Below, piece after piece: positions 48,561 to 58,900 of a DNA stretch of 64,000 nucleotides. The position numbers and the translations under genes were made by a program. Location of the stretch: the NCBI GenBank assembly GCA_965263035.1, contig OZ253580.1, forward strand, positions 1,824,001-1,888,000. The letters are read 5' to 3'. Each line of letters begins with the position of its first letter. Position 1 is the first letter of the stretch. Origin of the DNA: Acidobacteriota bacterium. GTDB lineage: Bacteria > Acidobacteriota > UBA6911 > RPQK01 > JAJDTT01. The notes under the pieces were generated by a model. That model saw only the letters and a list, made by a program, of their open reading frames with translations, was not told the origin of the DNA and ran no database searches.

Positions 48561-49640
48561 ATGTCTCGTCTGACTTCCATCGTCGCGATTGTACTCGCCC
48601 TCGGGACCACGCTCCCAGGCCAATCCCAGACCCGGCGCTACCTTTACATGAGTACGCCGGACGGAGCTCAGGTGGAGGGCCGATCCGGCACCGGAATCCT
48701 CATTTTCGACATCGACACCGGCCACAAGTTCGTCCGGAGGATCCACCTTCCCATCTTCCAGGAAGGCCTGCGCGGCTTCACCGGGAGCCTGATCAATCAC
48801 GCCGTCTACTACTCCACGACCAACCACCGTCTGGGAGCCTTCGATCTGGAAACGGAGAAGATCCTCTGGGAGAACACCTTCGCGCCGGGATGCTGCGACC
48901 GCTCTTCCATCACCATGGACGGCAAGAAGATCTACGCACCCACCGGATTCTGGCACACGGAGGAAGACGCCGGATTCGTCGTGATCGATGCCCGGAACGG
49001 AGAATTCATCAAGCGGATTCCCGTAGGCCCGAACGCCCACAACAGCATCGTGAGCCTGGACGGACGGCACGTCTTCCTGGGAACCCGGACCATGCTGACC
49101 ATGTTCGACACCCGGGACGACAGCATCGTCCGCCAGATCCCGAACGTGGGCGAGTACATGATCTTTCCGTACACCGTCACGCGAGACCACAGCCTGGCCT
49201 TCGTCTGCCTGGGGAAGCACGTGGGGTTCGACGTGGTCGATCTGAAACAGGGCAAACTCCTGCACCGGGTCTTCGCCGGCGAGGAGAAAATTCGCCATCG
49301 GACCCATGGCGCCGGCCTGACCCCCAACCAGAAGGAACTGTGGATCAGCGACCAGTCGGGCCGAAAGCTCTTCTACTTCGACGCCACCCGGATGCCGCCC
49401 CGGGAGATGGGACACGTGAATCTTTCCATCGGAGGCCACGGCTGGGTCACCTTCAGCCTGGACGGCAAGTACGTCTACTCCCACGCGCCCGACATCTTCG
49501 ACGCCAGGACCAAGAAGCGTGTCGGCATCTTCCGGGATGAAGACGGCCGCCCCTTTGCCAGCTCCAAGTTCATCGAGGTGCATTTCCGGGACGGCAAGGT
49601 CGTCACCATGGGGAACGAGTTCGGACTCGGCCGTCATTGA
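48561..49640 (+). CDS. Secreted YncE-like beta-propeller protein
   Basis: Signal peptide; repeated DG..Y strand motifs. Confidence 0.65.
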   Translation: MSRLTSIVAIVLALGTTLPGQSQTRRYLYMSTPDGAQVEGRSGTGILIFDIDTGHKFVRRIHLPIFQEGLRGFTGSLINHAVYYSTTNHRLGAFDLETEKILWENTFAPGCCDRSSITMDGKKIYAPTGFWHTEEDAGFVVIDARNGEFIKRIPVGPNAHNSIVSLDGRHVFLGTRTMLTMFDTRDDSIVRQIPNVGEYMIFPYTVTRDHSLAFVCLGKHVGFDVVDLKQGKLLHRVFAGEEKIRHRTHGAGLTPNQKELWISDQSGRKLFYFDATRMPPREMGHVNLSIGGHGWVTFSLDGKYVYSHAPDIFDARTKKRVGIFRDEDGRPFASSKFIEVHFRDGKVVTMGNEFGLGRH

Positions 49641-49666
49641 TCCGTATTTCTCACCGGAGGTCCATC

Positions 49667-50824
49667 ATGAAACGACGCTTCCGTGCCCGAAGACTCAGCC
49701 GCCGCGGGATGGTGAACTCAACCCTCCTGGGCTTGGCCGGGATCGGAACGGCGAAGGCATCGCCGTTCCGAGCGCCGGCATCAGCCGGAAGCGAGGAAAC
49801 GGACCACCTCGTCAACATGGACCAGGTGGAGCGCTTCGTCGCCGTCGACAACAAGTGCGCTTGGCCCAACCTGACCCTGATGCCCGACGATTCCATCGTC
49901 GCCACCATCTTCGGGAGTCCCTGCCACGGCTTCTGCGACGGGGCCGCCGAGTGCTGGAAAAGCGACGACGGAGGCCGCATGTGGAGCTTCGTGAGCATAC
50001 CGGCCCCCAACGAACCGGGCACCAACCGCAAGGACTTGGCGGCCGGACTCACGCCCAAGGGCTCCTTCGTGGTCCTCTGCAGCGGCTCCAAGGTGGCCCC
50101 TCCCGATCCGGTCACCCGCATGAGACCCATTCTGCAATCCGTGGTCTGCCGGTCCACGGACGGCCTCAAGACCTGGACCTGCCGGAGCAGCCTGGAACTG
50201 CCTCCCGGCGCGGACCACGTCATCCCCTTCGGCGACATCGCCGCTCTGCCCGGGGGACGGCTCGCCGTGACCGGATATACCGGCGACCACATCCGGACGA
50301 ACACGGCCTGGATCTTCTTCAGCGATGACGACGGACGCACCTGGGGCAACCCCCGCCCCCTGGGGGTGGACGACTTCAACGAGTCGACTCTGCTCGTCAC
50401 CGGAGGAAACCGGCTCCTGGCCGCCACCCGGACCCTGGGGAACAGCCACACCCACATCTCGGTCTCGGAAGACGCCGGACAGACCTGGAGGCATCTGGGA
50501 CCCGCATCCCTTCCGGGACAGATGCCGGCCAATCTCATCCGGTTGCAGAACGGGGGGATCCTCCTCACTTACGGATCCCGGCTGCGGGGAATGTTGGGCG
50601 TCTTCGCCCGCATCAGCCGCGATGAGGGCCTGACCTGGGGGGCGCCGAGGGTGCTCTTCAACACCACGGTGCGCCGGGCGAACACGCGGCCCGGCGGCGT
50701 TGACGGCGGCTACCCCTCCAGCGTGCAGTTGAAAGACGGCACCATCGTCACCGCCTACTACTGCCAGCGGATCCCCATGCATCAGCGCTACCACATGGGG
50801 GTGGTCCGGTGGCGGGTCTCATAG
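49667..50824 (+). CDS. Sialidase-like BNR-repeat protein, probable Tat signal
   Basis: Asp-boxes SDDGGRMW, STDGLKTW, SDDDGRTW, SEDAGQTW, SRDEGLTW; GYPSS; SRRGM N-terminus; GGAGG RBS. Confidence 0.8.
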   Translation: MKRRFRARRLSRRGMVNSTLLGLAGIGTAKASPFRAPASAGSEETDHLVNMDQVERFVAVDNKCAWPNLTLMPDDSIVATIFGSPCHGFCDGAAECWKSDDGGRMWSFVSIPAPNEPGTNRKDLAAGLTPKGSFVVLCSGSKVAPPDPVTRMRPILQSVVCRSTDGLKTWTCRSSLELPPGADHVIPFGDIAALPGGRLAVTGYTGDHIRTNTAWIFFSDDDGRTWGNPRPLGVDDFNESTLLVTGGNRLLAATRTLGNSHTHISVSEDAGQTWRHLGPASLPGQMPANLIRLQNGGILLTYGSRLRGMLGVFARISRDEGLTWGAPRVLFNTTVRRANTRPGGVDGGYPSSVQLKDGTIVTAYYCQRIPMHQRYHMGVVRWRVS

Positions 50825-51964
50825 ATCGGCCGGCGCCGCATACGGGCCGCCGGTGGCGCGCAGGGCCATCTTCTCCCGGGTCATTCGGACCGCGTAGCCT
50901 TCCGCCGCGGCGTTGAGCCTGGCCATGGCTGAGGCGGGCAGCTTCAACTCGGTCCCCTTGAGATTCTCCTCGACGTGCTCCGGTTTCTCCCCACCGGCGA
51001 GGACGCTGGTGACCTCAGGATGGGCGGCCACCCAGGCCACACACACCTGGGGCCGGGTCACCCCCAGTTCCCGGGCCACCTCATCCAGAACCTTGACCAT
51101 GTCCATGAGAGCGGACCCTTCAGGAACCTCCCTTCCCGGCACCAGGCTACCCCCACCCAACGGACTGAAGGCCATGAGTCCCAGGTTTCCCCGCCGAATC
51201 AGAGGGAACAGCCCCTCGACGATGAGGCTTCTGCGGTCCCCGGCCACGACGGTGAAGTAGTCCTGGAGCCCGGCCAAGGGCGCTCTGCCGGGTTGATTCC
51301 CCAATTCCAACAGTTCCTCCACCTGCCTCGGCAGGTGATTGGAGACTCCCCAGTACCGGATCTTTCCCGACTCGACCAGGGCGGTCATGGCGGCTGCGAT
51401 TTCCTCCATGTGCGCTTTGGTCGGAGCATCCTGATCGGGCGTTTCTTCATTGGAGGAAGGGGTTTTCCGGTCCGGACTGTGGAGCAGATAGATGTCGATG
51501 TAGTCGGTTCCCAGCCGCTTGAGACTGGCTTCCACCTTGGTTCTCAGGATCGGCTCGGTGAAGGCGATCTTCTCTCCCTCGACCCGGGGATAGGCCTTGG
51601 TAGAGATGACGACCTCGTGCCGGCGGCCCGCAATCCCGTGGCCCAGAGCGATCTCCGACTCGCCTGACCCATAGGCCTCGGCCGTGTCGAAGAAATTGAT
51701 CCCCACGTCGATGCAGTGGCGCAAAAGATCGTGTGCCTCTTTGCTGTCCCCCTCGCGGGACAGATGGGTCCGGAAGGCGGTCCCCTGACACATCTTGGAG
51801 ACCCACAGATCGGTGTGGCCGAATCTCACCAGGTGGGAAGGACGATCGGTAGTCTCGGCCGGAGGCGACGTGGCGCAGCCGACTTTGGACAGACCCAGGA
51901 CTGTCGATCCTGCGGCGGCCCCGAGAGTCGTGAGGAAACGTCTTCGATCCGTGTCTGTCGGCAT
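50819..51964 (-). CDS. Aldo/keto reductase with Tat signal
   Basis: DRRRFL; GINFFDTAEAYG, SLKRLGTDYIDIYLLH, GKIRYWGVSN, FSPLGGG. Confidence 0.88.
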   Translation of the reverse strand: MPTDTDRRRFLTTLGAAAGSTVLGLSKVGCATSPPAETTDRPSHLVRFGHTDLWVSKMCQGTAFRTHLSREGDSKEAHDLLRHCIDVGINFFDTAEAYGSGESEIALGHGIAGRRHEVVISTKAYPRVEGEKIAFTEPILRTKVEASLKRLGTDYIDIYLLHSPDRKTPSSNEETPDQDAPTKAHMEEIAAAMTALVESGKIRYWGVSNHLPRQVEELLELGNQPGRAPLAGLQDYFTVVAGDRRSLIVEGLFPLIRRGNLGLMAFSPLGGGSLVPGREVPEGSALMDMVKVLDEVARELGVTRPQVCVAWVAAHPEVTSVLAGGEKPEHVEENLKGTELKLPASAMARLNAAAEGYAVRMTREKMALRATGGPYAAPADL

Positions 51965-52008
51965 TGCCAGCTCCGTTGGTAGTCGGCGGCAGGAGGCGCC
52001 GCGGACGC

Positions 52009-53451
52009 TCACGCGATGATGTCGTGGACCACCTTCCCATGCACGTCGGTCAGGCGGAAGTCCCGGCCCGAATACCGGTAGGTGAGCCGCTCATGGTCGA
52101 GCCCCATGAGATGGAGGATGGTGGCATGGAGGTCGTGGACGTGCACCCGGTTCTCCACCGCCGTGAGCCCGAACTGGTCGGTGGCGCCGTAGCTGAAGCC
52201 CCCCTTGACGCCGCCGCCGGCCATCCAGACGGTGAAACCGTAATGGTCGTGGTCCCGTCCCTTCTGGCCCTCCGAGGTGGGCGCCCGGCCGAACTCGCCG
52301 CCCCAGATCACCAGGGTCTCGTCCAGCATGCCCCGCTGTTTCAGATCCTTGATCAGGGCCGCGATCCCCCGGTCGCAGGCATCGGCCAGCGCCTTGTGTC
52401 CACCGGCGATGTCGTTGTGCCCCGTGTCCCAGGCGATGTCATAGTGATCGATGGAGTGGGACACCTGAACCATCCGTACTCCGCGCTCCACCAGCCGCCG
52501 GGCCAGCAGACACCCCTTGGCATATTCGCTGTCACCGTAGAGTTCCAGCGTGGCTTTGCTCTCCTGCGAGAGATCGAAGGCCTCGGGCGCCGCGAACTGC
52601 ATGCGGAAGGCCATCTCCATGGCCTGAATGCTGCTTTCCAGGTGGTGGTCCTGCTGCTGCCGCTCCAGGTCGAGGCGGTTGAGGCGGGTCAGGAGATCGA
52701 TCTGCCGCCGCTGTTCTGTCCGGGGCAGCCAGTTGTTCTTGAGATCGCTCAAGATTCGGTCCGGCTTCATCTCGTGCAGGTTCACGTAGGTTCCGGCATA
52801 GGCCCCGGGGAGGAAGGAGTTCCCCCAGTTCGCCAGCTTGCCGCGCGGCTGGCCTCGAGGGCTCATGGCCACGAACCCCGGCAGATCCTGATTATCGGAA
52901 CCCAGTCCGTAGACCAGCCAGGAACCCATGCTGGGCCGGCTCGGCTGCAGGTGGCCCAGGTTCATCATCAGGATGGCGCCGGCGTGCTCCGGGATGTCCG
53001 TGTGCATGGAATGGATGAAGCAGATGTCGTCGACGCACTCACCCACATGGGGAAAGATTTCGCTGACCCACTTGCCGCACTCGCCGTACTGCTTGAACCC
53101 GAAGGGAGAGGGGAAGAGCCCGTTCTTGGTATTCCGAAGGGACTTCCGGTCAACGATTTCGGGGCGCTTTCCCTGGTATTTCCGGATCTCGGGTTTGTAG
53201 TCGAAGGTGTCGACCTGGGAGGGTCCGCCGGGCATGAAAAGTTGGATCACGCGCTTGGCCCGGGGAGCGAAGTGGGGAGCCTTGGGGGCCAAATGCGAAC
53301 CCTTCGCCGCAAGGGTCGCCCCCGAAACCCGGGTCCCCAGACCGCCGTCCTCGGCCAGGACACCGGCGAGTCCCAGGACGCCGAATCCCGCGCCCAGCCG
53401 GTGCAGCATGTCACGTCGATCGAATGGCGGTGGTTGCGGCAGATGGAACAA
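52009..53451 (-). CDS. DUF1501 domain protein (Tat signal)
   Basis: RRDML; GGPSQVDTFD.KP, ARRLVERGVR, WD.H, GEFGR.P, GRDH. Confidence 0.9.
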   Translation of the reverse strand: MFHLPQPPPFDRRDMLHRLGAGFGVLGLAGVLAEDGGLGTRVSGATLAAKGSHLAPKAPHFAPRAKRVIQLFMPGGPSQVDTFDYKPEIRKYQGKRPEIVDRKSLRNTKNGLFPSPFGFKQYGECGKWVSEIFPHVGECVDDICFIHSMHTDIPEHAGAILMMNLGHLQPSRPSMGSWLVYGLGSDNQDLPGFVAMSPRGQPRGKLANWGNSFLPGAYAGTYVNLHEMKPDRILSDLKNNWLPRTEQRRQIDLLTRLNRLDLERQQQDHHLESSIQAMEMAFRMQFAAPEAFDLSQESKATLELYGDSEYAKGCLLARRLVERGVRMVQVSHSIDHYDIAWDTGHNDIAGGHKALADACDRGIAALIKDLKQRGMLDETLVIWGGEFGRAPTSEGQKGRDHDHYGFTVWMAGGGVKGGFSYGATDQFGLTAVENRVHVHDLHATILHLMGLDHERLTYRYSGRDFRLTDVHGKVVHDIIA

Positions 53452-53522
53452 GGTTCGAAACTCCTGAATGCTTGGCGCCTATTGTTGCACGATCCTGGCC
53501 TCGCCGGAAGAGGACGGACAGT

Positions 53523-55883
53523 TTACCGAACGTACATGAACTCGTTGGAACTCATGAGCACCTGGCCGTAACGCTCCCAGGGGGTCAGCTCCGAACCTGA
53601 CGAAGACTCGGCCCGCAAGAACCGAAGGCCCAAGCGGGTTTCCTCCTCGCTCGGGGACCGGCCGAACAGGAGACGGTAGGCGCGCCCGATTCTCTCCGAG
53701 TCATCGTCGGAGTCGTTTTCGAGCCTCTTGGAGAGCGCCTTGGCCCGATCCACCATGAAGGGGCTGTTCATCAGAAAGAGAAACTGTTGCGGCACGATAC
53801 TGGTGCCCCGCTCGGGGACGGTGGCCCGCATGATGGGAAAATCGAACAGCCGCAGGAACTGATCGGAGCCGGACTGGTCGCCGTTGCGGCTGACCTTGGC
53901 GTAGAGCGTACGCCGCCGGCTGCCGGTGATGTCGTCCACCGGTGGACCACCCATCTCCAGGTCCAATTCCCGAGTCACGGCCAGAAGGGAGTCCCGCCAC
54001 GACTCCACGTCCATTCTCCGGGGGTTCATGCGCCAGAGCAGCTCGTTGTCGCTGTCGACGGCAAAGGCCCGAGCATCGAACCGGCTGCTCATCTGATAGG
54101 TGGCCGAAGTCATGATCAGACGGTGCAGCGACTTGAGCGACCAACCCGACTCCATGAAGCCGGCAGCCAGCCAGTTCAGCATCTCCTCATGGGTCGGTTC
54201 CCGGCCCAGCGTTCCAAAGTTCCCGGGCGACCGGACCAGCGCCTTGCCGAAATGATGCATCCAGACCCGATTGACCATCACCCGTGCCGTCAGGGGGTTG
54301 GCCGAGCTGGCGACGGCCTCGGCCAACTCGATGCGCCCGCTTCCGTGGGTGAACCGGGGCGTATCCACACCGGTAAGGACCCTCAGGAAACGCCGCGGCG
54401 CCATATCCCCCGGTTTTCGAAGGTTTCCGCGAGTGGCCACGGGCATGTCCTGGTTCCCGGTCTCGGCCAGAACATGGGCAAAATCGTACTTGGGCGGCGT
54501 GCCTTCCTTGAGTTTTTCGACCTCCGCCTTCCACTGCTTGACCAGTTCCTCCTCTTCGGCTGACAGCTTCCGCTTCTCTTCCCGGGCCCGAGCCCGGAGG
54601 TCCCCCTCTCTCTTCTGTGCCGCCTTGATCTTTTCCTGGTAGTCGTCATAGGCCTCGACCACGCCCTCCGGAACCAGCGGCAGCTCACCGCTCATGGTGT
54701 TGTCGAAGATCCCGGCCAGGGAGTAGTAGTCCTGCTGGGGAATGGGATCGAACTTGTGGTCGTGACAACGGGCGCAGGAGACCGTGACGGCCATGAAGCC
54801 GCGAGTCAGAGTGTCGATCCGGTCGTCCAGGGTCTCGCCTCTGGCCTGGGCCACACTGTCGGGATCACCGCCATCGGACGAATAGTAGGGTCCCAGGGCG
54901 AAGAATCCGGTGGCCACGGCGTCTTCGGTGTCGCCCACCAGGTCACCGCTGATCTGAAGCCTGACGAAACGGTCATAGGGCAGATCTTGGTTGAAGGCGG
55001 AAACGACCCAATCCCGGTAGCGCCAAGCTTGGGTCAGTTCCCGGTTCCGCCGATCCAGAAATCCGCCGAACCCGTCGCTGTACCGGGCCACGTCCAGCCA
55101 ATGTCGAGCCCAACGTTCGCCGTAGCGGACGGAGCCGAGAAGCTCAGTGATCTTCTGCTCCACGGCTCCTTGCGGATCTCGCCGGGCCGCTTCCACGAAC
55201 TCAGCCGCCTCGTCCGGAGTCGGCGGCAGTCCCACCAGATCCAGGTGCATTCTTCGGACCAGGGCTCCCGGGTCCGCCGGCGGAGCCATTTCAAGACCCA
55301 GCGATTCCAGCTTCGCCAGGACGAAGGAGTCGATGGGATTCCGTACCCGCGACTCGGCCGATACCTTCGGCGGCGGCGGCTTTCGGACCGGTTCCCAGGC
55401 CCAGTGACCGGCGCGGATCTTCTCCCAGTCCGGCTCATCACCTTCGGAAGCCGGCGGGGATGCGGCCGCCTGTGCCTCCGGCCAGGGTGCACCCAGCCGG
55501 ACCCACTCCACCAAGTCGGCGACCTCACGCTCCTTGAGCTTTCCACCGGGCGGCATCTGTATCGAATCTCCCCGAACCGCTCGGATCAGCAGACTCTCAT
55601 CGGGGCGGTGAGGAATGATGGCGGGTCCCCGATTGCCCCCCTTCAACAGTCCCGCCCGTTTATCGAGTCTCAGATTCCCCTGCGGTTGGTCGATTGCGGC
55701 CCCATGGCAGGCGAAACAGTGTTTCGACAGGAGAGGCCGCACCCGGCGCTCGAAAAACTCCAGCCGGGATGGCTCTTCCGTCTGGGCGGCCAAGCTGACG
55801 CCCGAGCCGATCCAGGACGTTCCCAGGACGGACCAAGCGAACAGGAACTGGATACAGGAGTGTCTCAGCCCCAGTAAGACCAT
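53523..55883 (-). CDS. Planctomycete cytochrome c / DUF1549 / DUF1553 (PSD1) protein
   Basis: CFACH, YGERWARHWLDVARY, CARCHDHKFDP, NPLTARVMVNRVW. Confidence 0.9.
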   Translation of the reverse strand: MVLLGLRHSCIQFLFAWSVLGTSWIGSGVSLAAQTEEPSRLEFFERRVRPLLSKHCFACHGAAIDQPQGNLRLDKRAGLLKGGNRGPAIIPHRPDESLLIRAVRGDSIQMPPGGKLKEREVADLVEWVRLGAPWPEAQAAASPPASEGDEPDWEKIRAGHWAWEPVRKPPPPKVSAESRVRNPIDSFVLAKLESLGLEMAPPADPGALVRRMHLDLVGLPPTPDEAAEFVEAARRDPQGAVEQKITELLGSVRYGERWARHWLDVARYSDGFGGFLDRRNRELTQAWRYRDWVVSAFNQDLPYDRFVRLQISGDLVGDTEDAVATGFFALGPYYSSDGGDPDSVAQARGETLDDRIDTLTRGFMAVTVSCARCHDHKFDPIPQQDYYSLAGIFDNTMSGELPLVPEGVVEAYDDYQEKIKAAQKREGDLRARAREEKRKLSAEEEELVKQWKAEVEKLKEGTPPKYDFAHVLAETGNQDMPVATRGNLRKPGDMAPRRFLRVLTGVDTPRFTHGSGRIELAEAVASSANPLTARVMVNRVWMHHFGKALVRSPGNFGTLGREPTHEEMLNWLAAGFMESGWSLKSLHRLIMTSATYQMSSRFDARAFAVDSDNELLWRMNPRRMDVESWRDSLLAVTRELDLEMGGPPVDDITGSRRRTLYAKVSRNGDQSGSDQFLRLFDFPIMRATVPERGTSIVPQQFLFLMNSPFMVDRAKALSKRLENDSDDDSERIGRAYRLLFGRSPSEEETRLGLRFLRAESSSGSELTPWERYGQVLMSSNEFMYVR

Positions 55884-55914
55884 GTTTCTCGTCGTAGGCT
55901 TCGACCGGGCTACG

Positions 55915-58900
55915 CTAGAACTCGTAGCGCAGACCGAACTGCATCACCCGCGGTGGAATCATCACCTGAGAGTAGTTGCCGAAGCTCCCAGGGAAGACGA
56001 AGGAGAGGGTTTCCCATGCGTTGGCGTTGAACCGGACGCTGTTGGTCAGGTTGAATACCTCGGCCCGAAACTGAACGCTGTGACCCTCGAATGGCATCGG
56101 AAAGCGCTTTCCGAGCGCCATGTCGATGGAGAAAATCCCGTCCCCGCGCAGGTTGTTGCGTTGCCCGACTTCGCCGGGCAGAACCTGCCTGAACGAAGCC
56201 AGGGCCGCTGCCGGATCGCTGAAGACGTTCGGTCCACTGCCCCCTCCGATCAGCCTCGCGTTCTTCGTGTTCGTCTGCTCCGGCACCTGTCCGTCGGTTT
56301 CGGCAAAGTGTTGGTAGCAGTAGCAGGTCGGCCACGCCAGACCGTTCAGCACACTGAGGGGCAGGCCCGACGTCACGCGCATCAGGCCGCTGACCTGCCA
56401 GCCGCCGAGCAGGGCCTGGCCCGCCGGCCCCAGGTCGGGAAGGAGGGCCTTCCCTCGGCCGACGGGCAACTCGGCCACCCAGTTGGCGTTCCATTGGTGG
56501 CGCATATCGAAGTCGGAAACGGCCCGCTGCGCCTCCCGGTCCCAGGAGTTGATGACGCTGAATGCCGACCAGTAGGTGTCGCCCGGAATCTGACCGAACC
56601 GTTGACCCTGGGTGCGACGGGCGCTGACGGACACCAGGTCCGTGGACTTGGACAACGTATAGTTCAGGTGGAACTGGAACCCCTTGGAGAAGGCTTTGCG
56701 CAACGACACCTGCATCGAATGATAGGTCGAGGTTCCGAAAGACCGGAGTGCATCGAAGGCCCAGAACTGGGGATTCATGAATGCACCCGGCCCCAGATCG
56801 CTACAGAACGGGGAGCAGGCATAGTCAATATAGTAGAGCGATGTGCCGGTATCGGGACTGCCGGACCGGATGACGTCGTAGACGCGCTGAGTCGCGGTTG
56901 CGTCCGGAGTGGCGGCTCCGGAATAGAGGCTTTCCCAGAACGCGATGGGCTGCACGGCCCCGGTCGGCGTCCCGCTCCGCGCCATGAGTTCGAGGTCCTG
57001 GAGCGCGTCCAGCAGATATCCGCCGGACACCGGATCCTTGAAGTTGGCGTACTGGGCTGAGGCGGTGTCGTTGACGAGCAGTCTGCGACCAAGTCGGCCG
57101 ACATAGCCGATCTCGATCAAATATCCTCCGTCCAACTCACGGGCCAGAGAAAAGGTGGGATTGATACTGTACGGTGGCACCACGCTGGAGTCGACACCCT
57201 GGCTCCATCCCAGTCCCATGGGGTTGGGGGTACCAGGTCCGCCTGGCGGAGGAGGCAGAATCCCTGCCGCTGGGAGATTCGAAAGCCCGGCGAAGCGAGG
57301 TGACGCCGCCACAGTGGAGATCTGGTTGGTCACCTTGCTGGTGAGGCCGAACGCATTCCGGTCGAGCATCTGCATCATGCCCATCCCGAAGCTGCTGTAG
57401 AAGATACCCGCCCCGGCCCGGATCGACGTCCTCCCCGGGCCGCCGAACAGCTTGCCCAAGAAACCATCCCCGAAATCCGGCGAGAAGGCCACGGCAAGCC
57501 GAGGCGAGAAATTCTTGTAGTGGGTGGCCCACAGCGGACCGCCTTGCGGGTCGTCCACTCCCACGAAGCCGATCGGCCCAGCATCGCGCGTGGGCCGGCC
57601 GCTCGCCGCCAGGTCCAGACGGTGGGCGATGTACTGGTCGAGACCCGGCGTGATGCTGACCTGCAGTCCATTCACCTCCCGTACCGGCGGCATGATCGAC
57701 CAACGCAGGCCAGCCGTGACCGTCAGGCCCGGTTGGACGCGCCAAGTGTCCTGGAGGTAGAGCTCGAATTGTTCCGCCCCGAAAGTTCGGCTGACAGGAT
57801 CTCCCAGCGACAAAGGATTGCCGGCCAGGTCGTAATTGTAATTCGCATCGAAGAAGTTGAGGACCCCGAGGGCAGTCGCCATCGTCTCCCGGTAAATTCC
57901 CGGGTTGGCCGGCGCCACGGCGAGTGGCCCGTCGAATACCGTGGGGGCGTCGAACAATGCCCACGCGGCCTGCTTCGCAAAATGAAAGCTGTTGCCGTAG
58001 CTCAAACGTTGGTTCCGTGTTGAGAAGAATACTCCGCCGAACTGCAGGGTGTGCGATCCACGTATAACGGAGAAGTCTCCCGCCACAGTCTGCGTCGGCA
58101 AATAGGTGTCCCTGGGCGTCGTCGAACCCTCCATATCGTCGATGATGCTATCTCCGAGACTTGCCCTGGATTCCGTCTGAACGCCCGAAATGACCAACTT
58201 CTGGCCAGTGAATCCATAGCGGAACGTGCCCAGGACGTTGGTCCCGAACGTGCCGTCGTATCCGACTGCCCACCCGCGGCTGGTGTCCGCGGTCTCCCGG
58301 TTCGGGGGCTGGCCGGGAAACTGGGGCACGCTTGAGATGCTGTCGTTCTGGTAGTTGGTGCGCAGGAACATGCGGTGCCCACCGTTCCGATCCAAGTTCC
58401 AATCCAGCTTCGAGATGAACGTGTTCCAGACCAGGGGAGTCGAGGCCGCGAACCGGAATCCAGCCGTGTTCAGACCGTCTCCGACGGTGGAGTCGTTGGG
58501 TTCCGGAAAGGAACTGAAGTACTGGAGGGTGGCAGGATTGGGACCGGTCCCCAGTGGATCGATCCGGCTACTGATGAATTCCGGGCTCAGCGTCTGTATT
58601 TCCCCGCTGGCGCTCCTGTAGCGGACGAATCCATCGCGCATCGATGCCGTCGGAACTCGGCGCACCGCGCTGCCCTCGCTGGCGTCCCGGCGGCCTTCGT
58701 AGTTGACGAAATAGAAGAAACGATCATTCTTGACGGGACCGCCGACCGAGGCTCCGAAGACATTTCGGATGAGCTTCGGACGATCGACGCCGGCCCTGTT
58801 GTTGAAGAAATCATTCGCCGCCGTAACCGTGTTCCGGTGGTATTCGTAGAGCGATCCATGGATCTCGTTGGACCCGCTCTTCGTCACCAGCGACACCTGC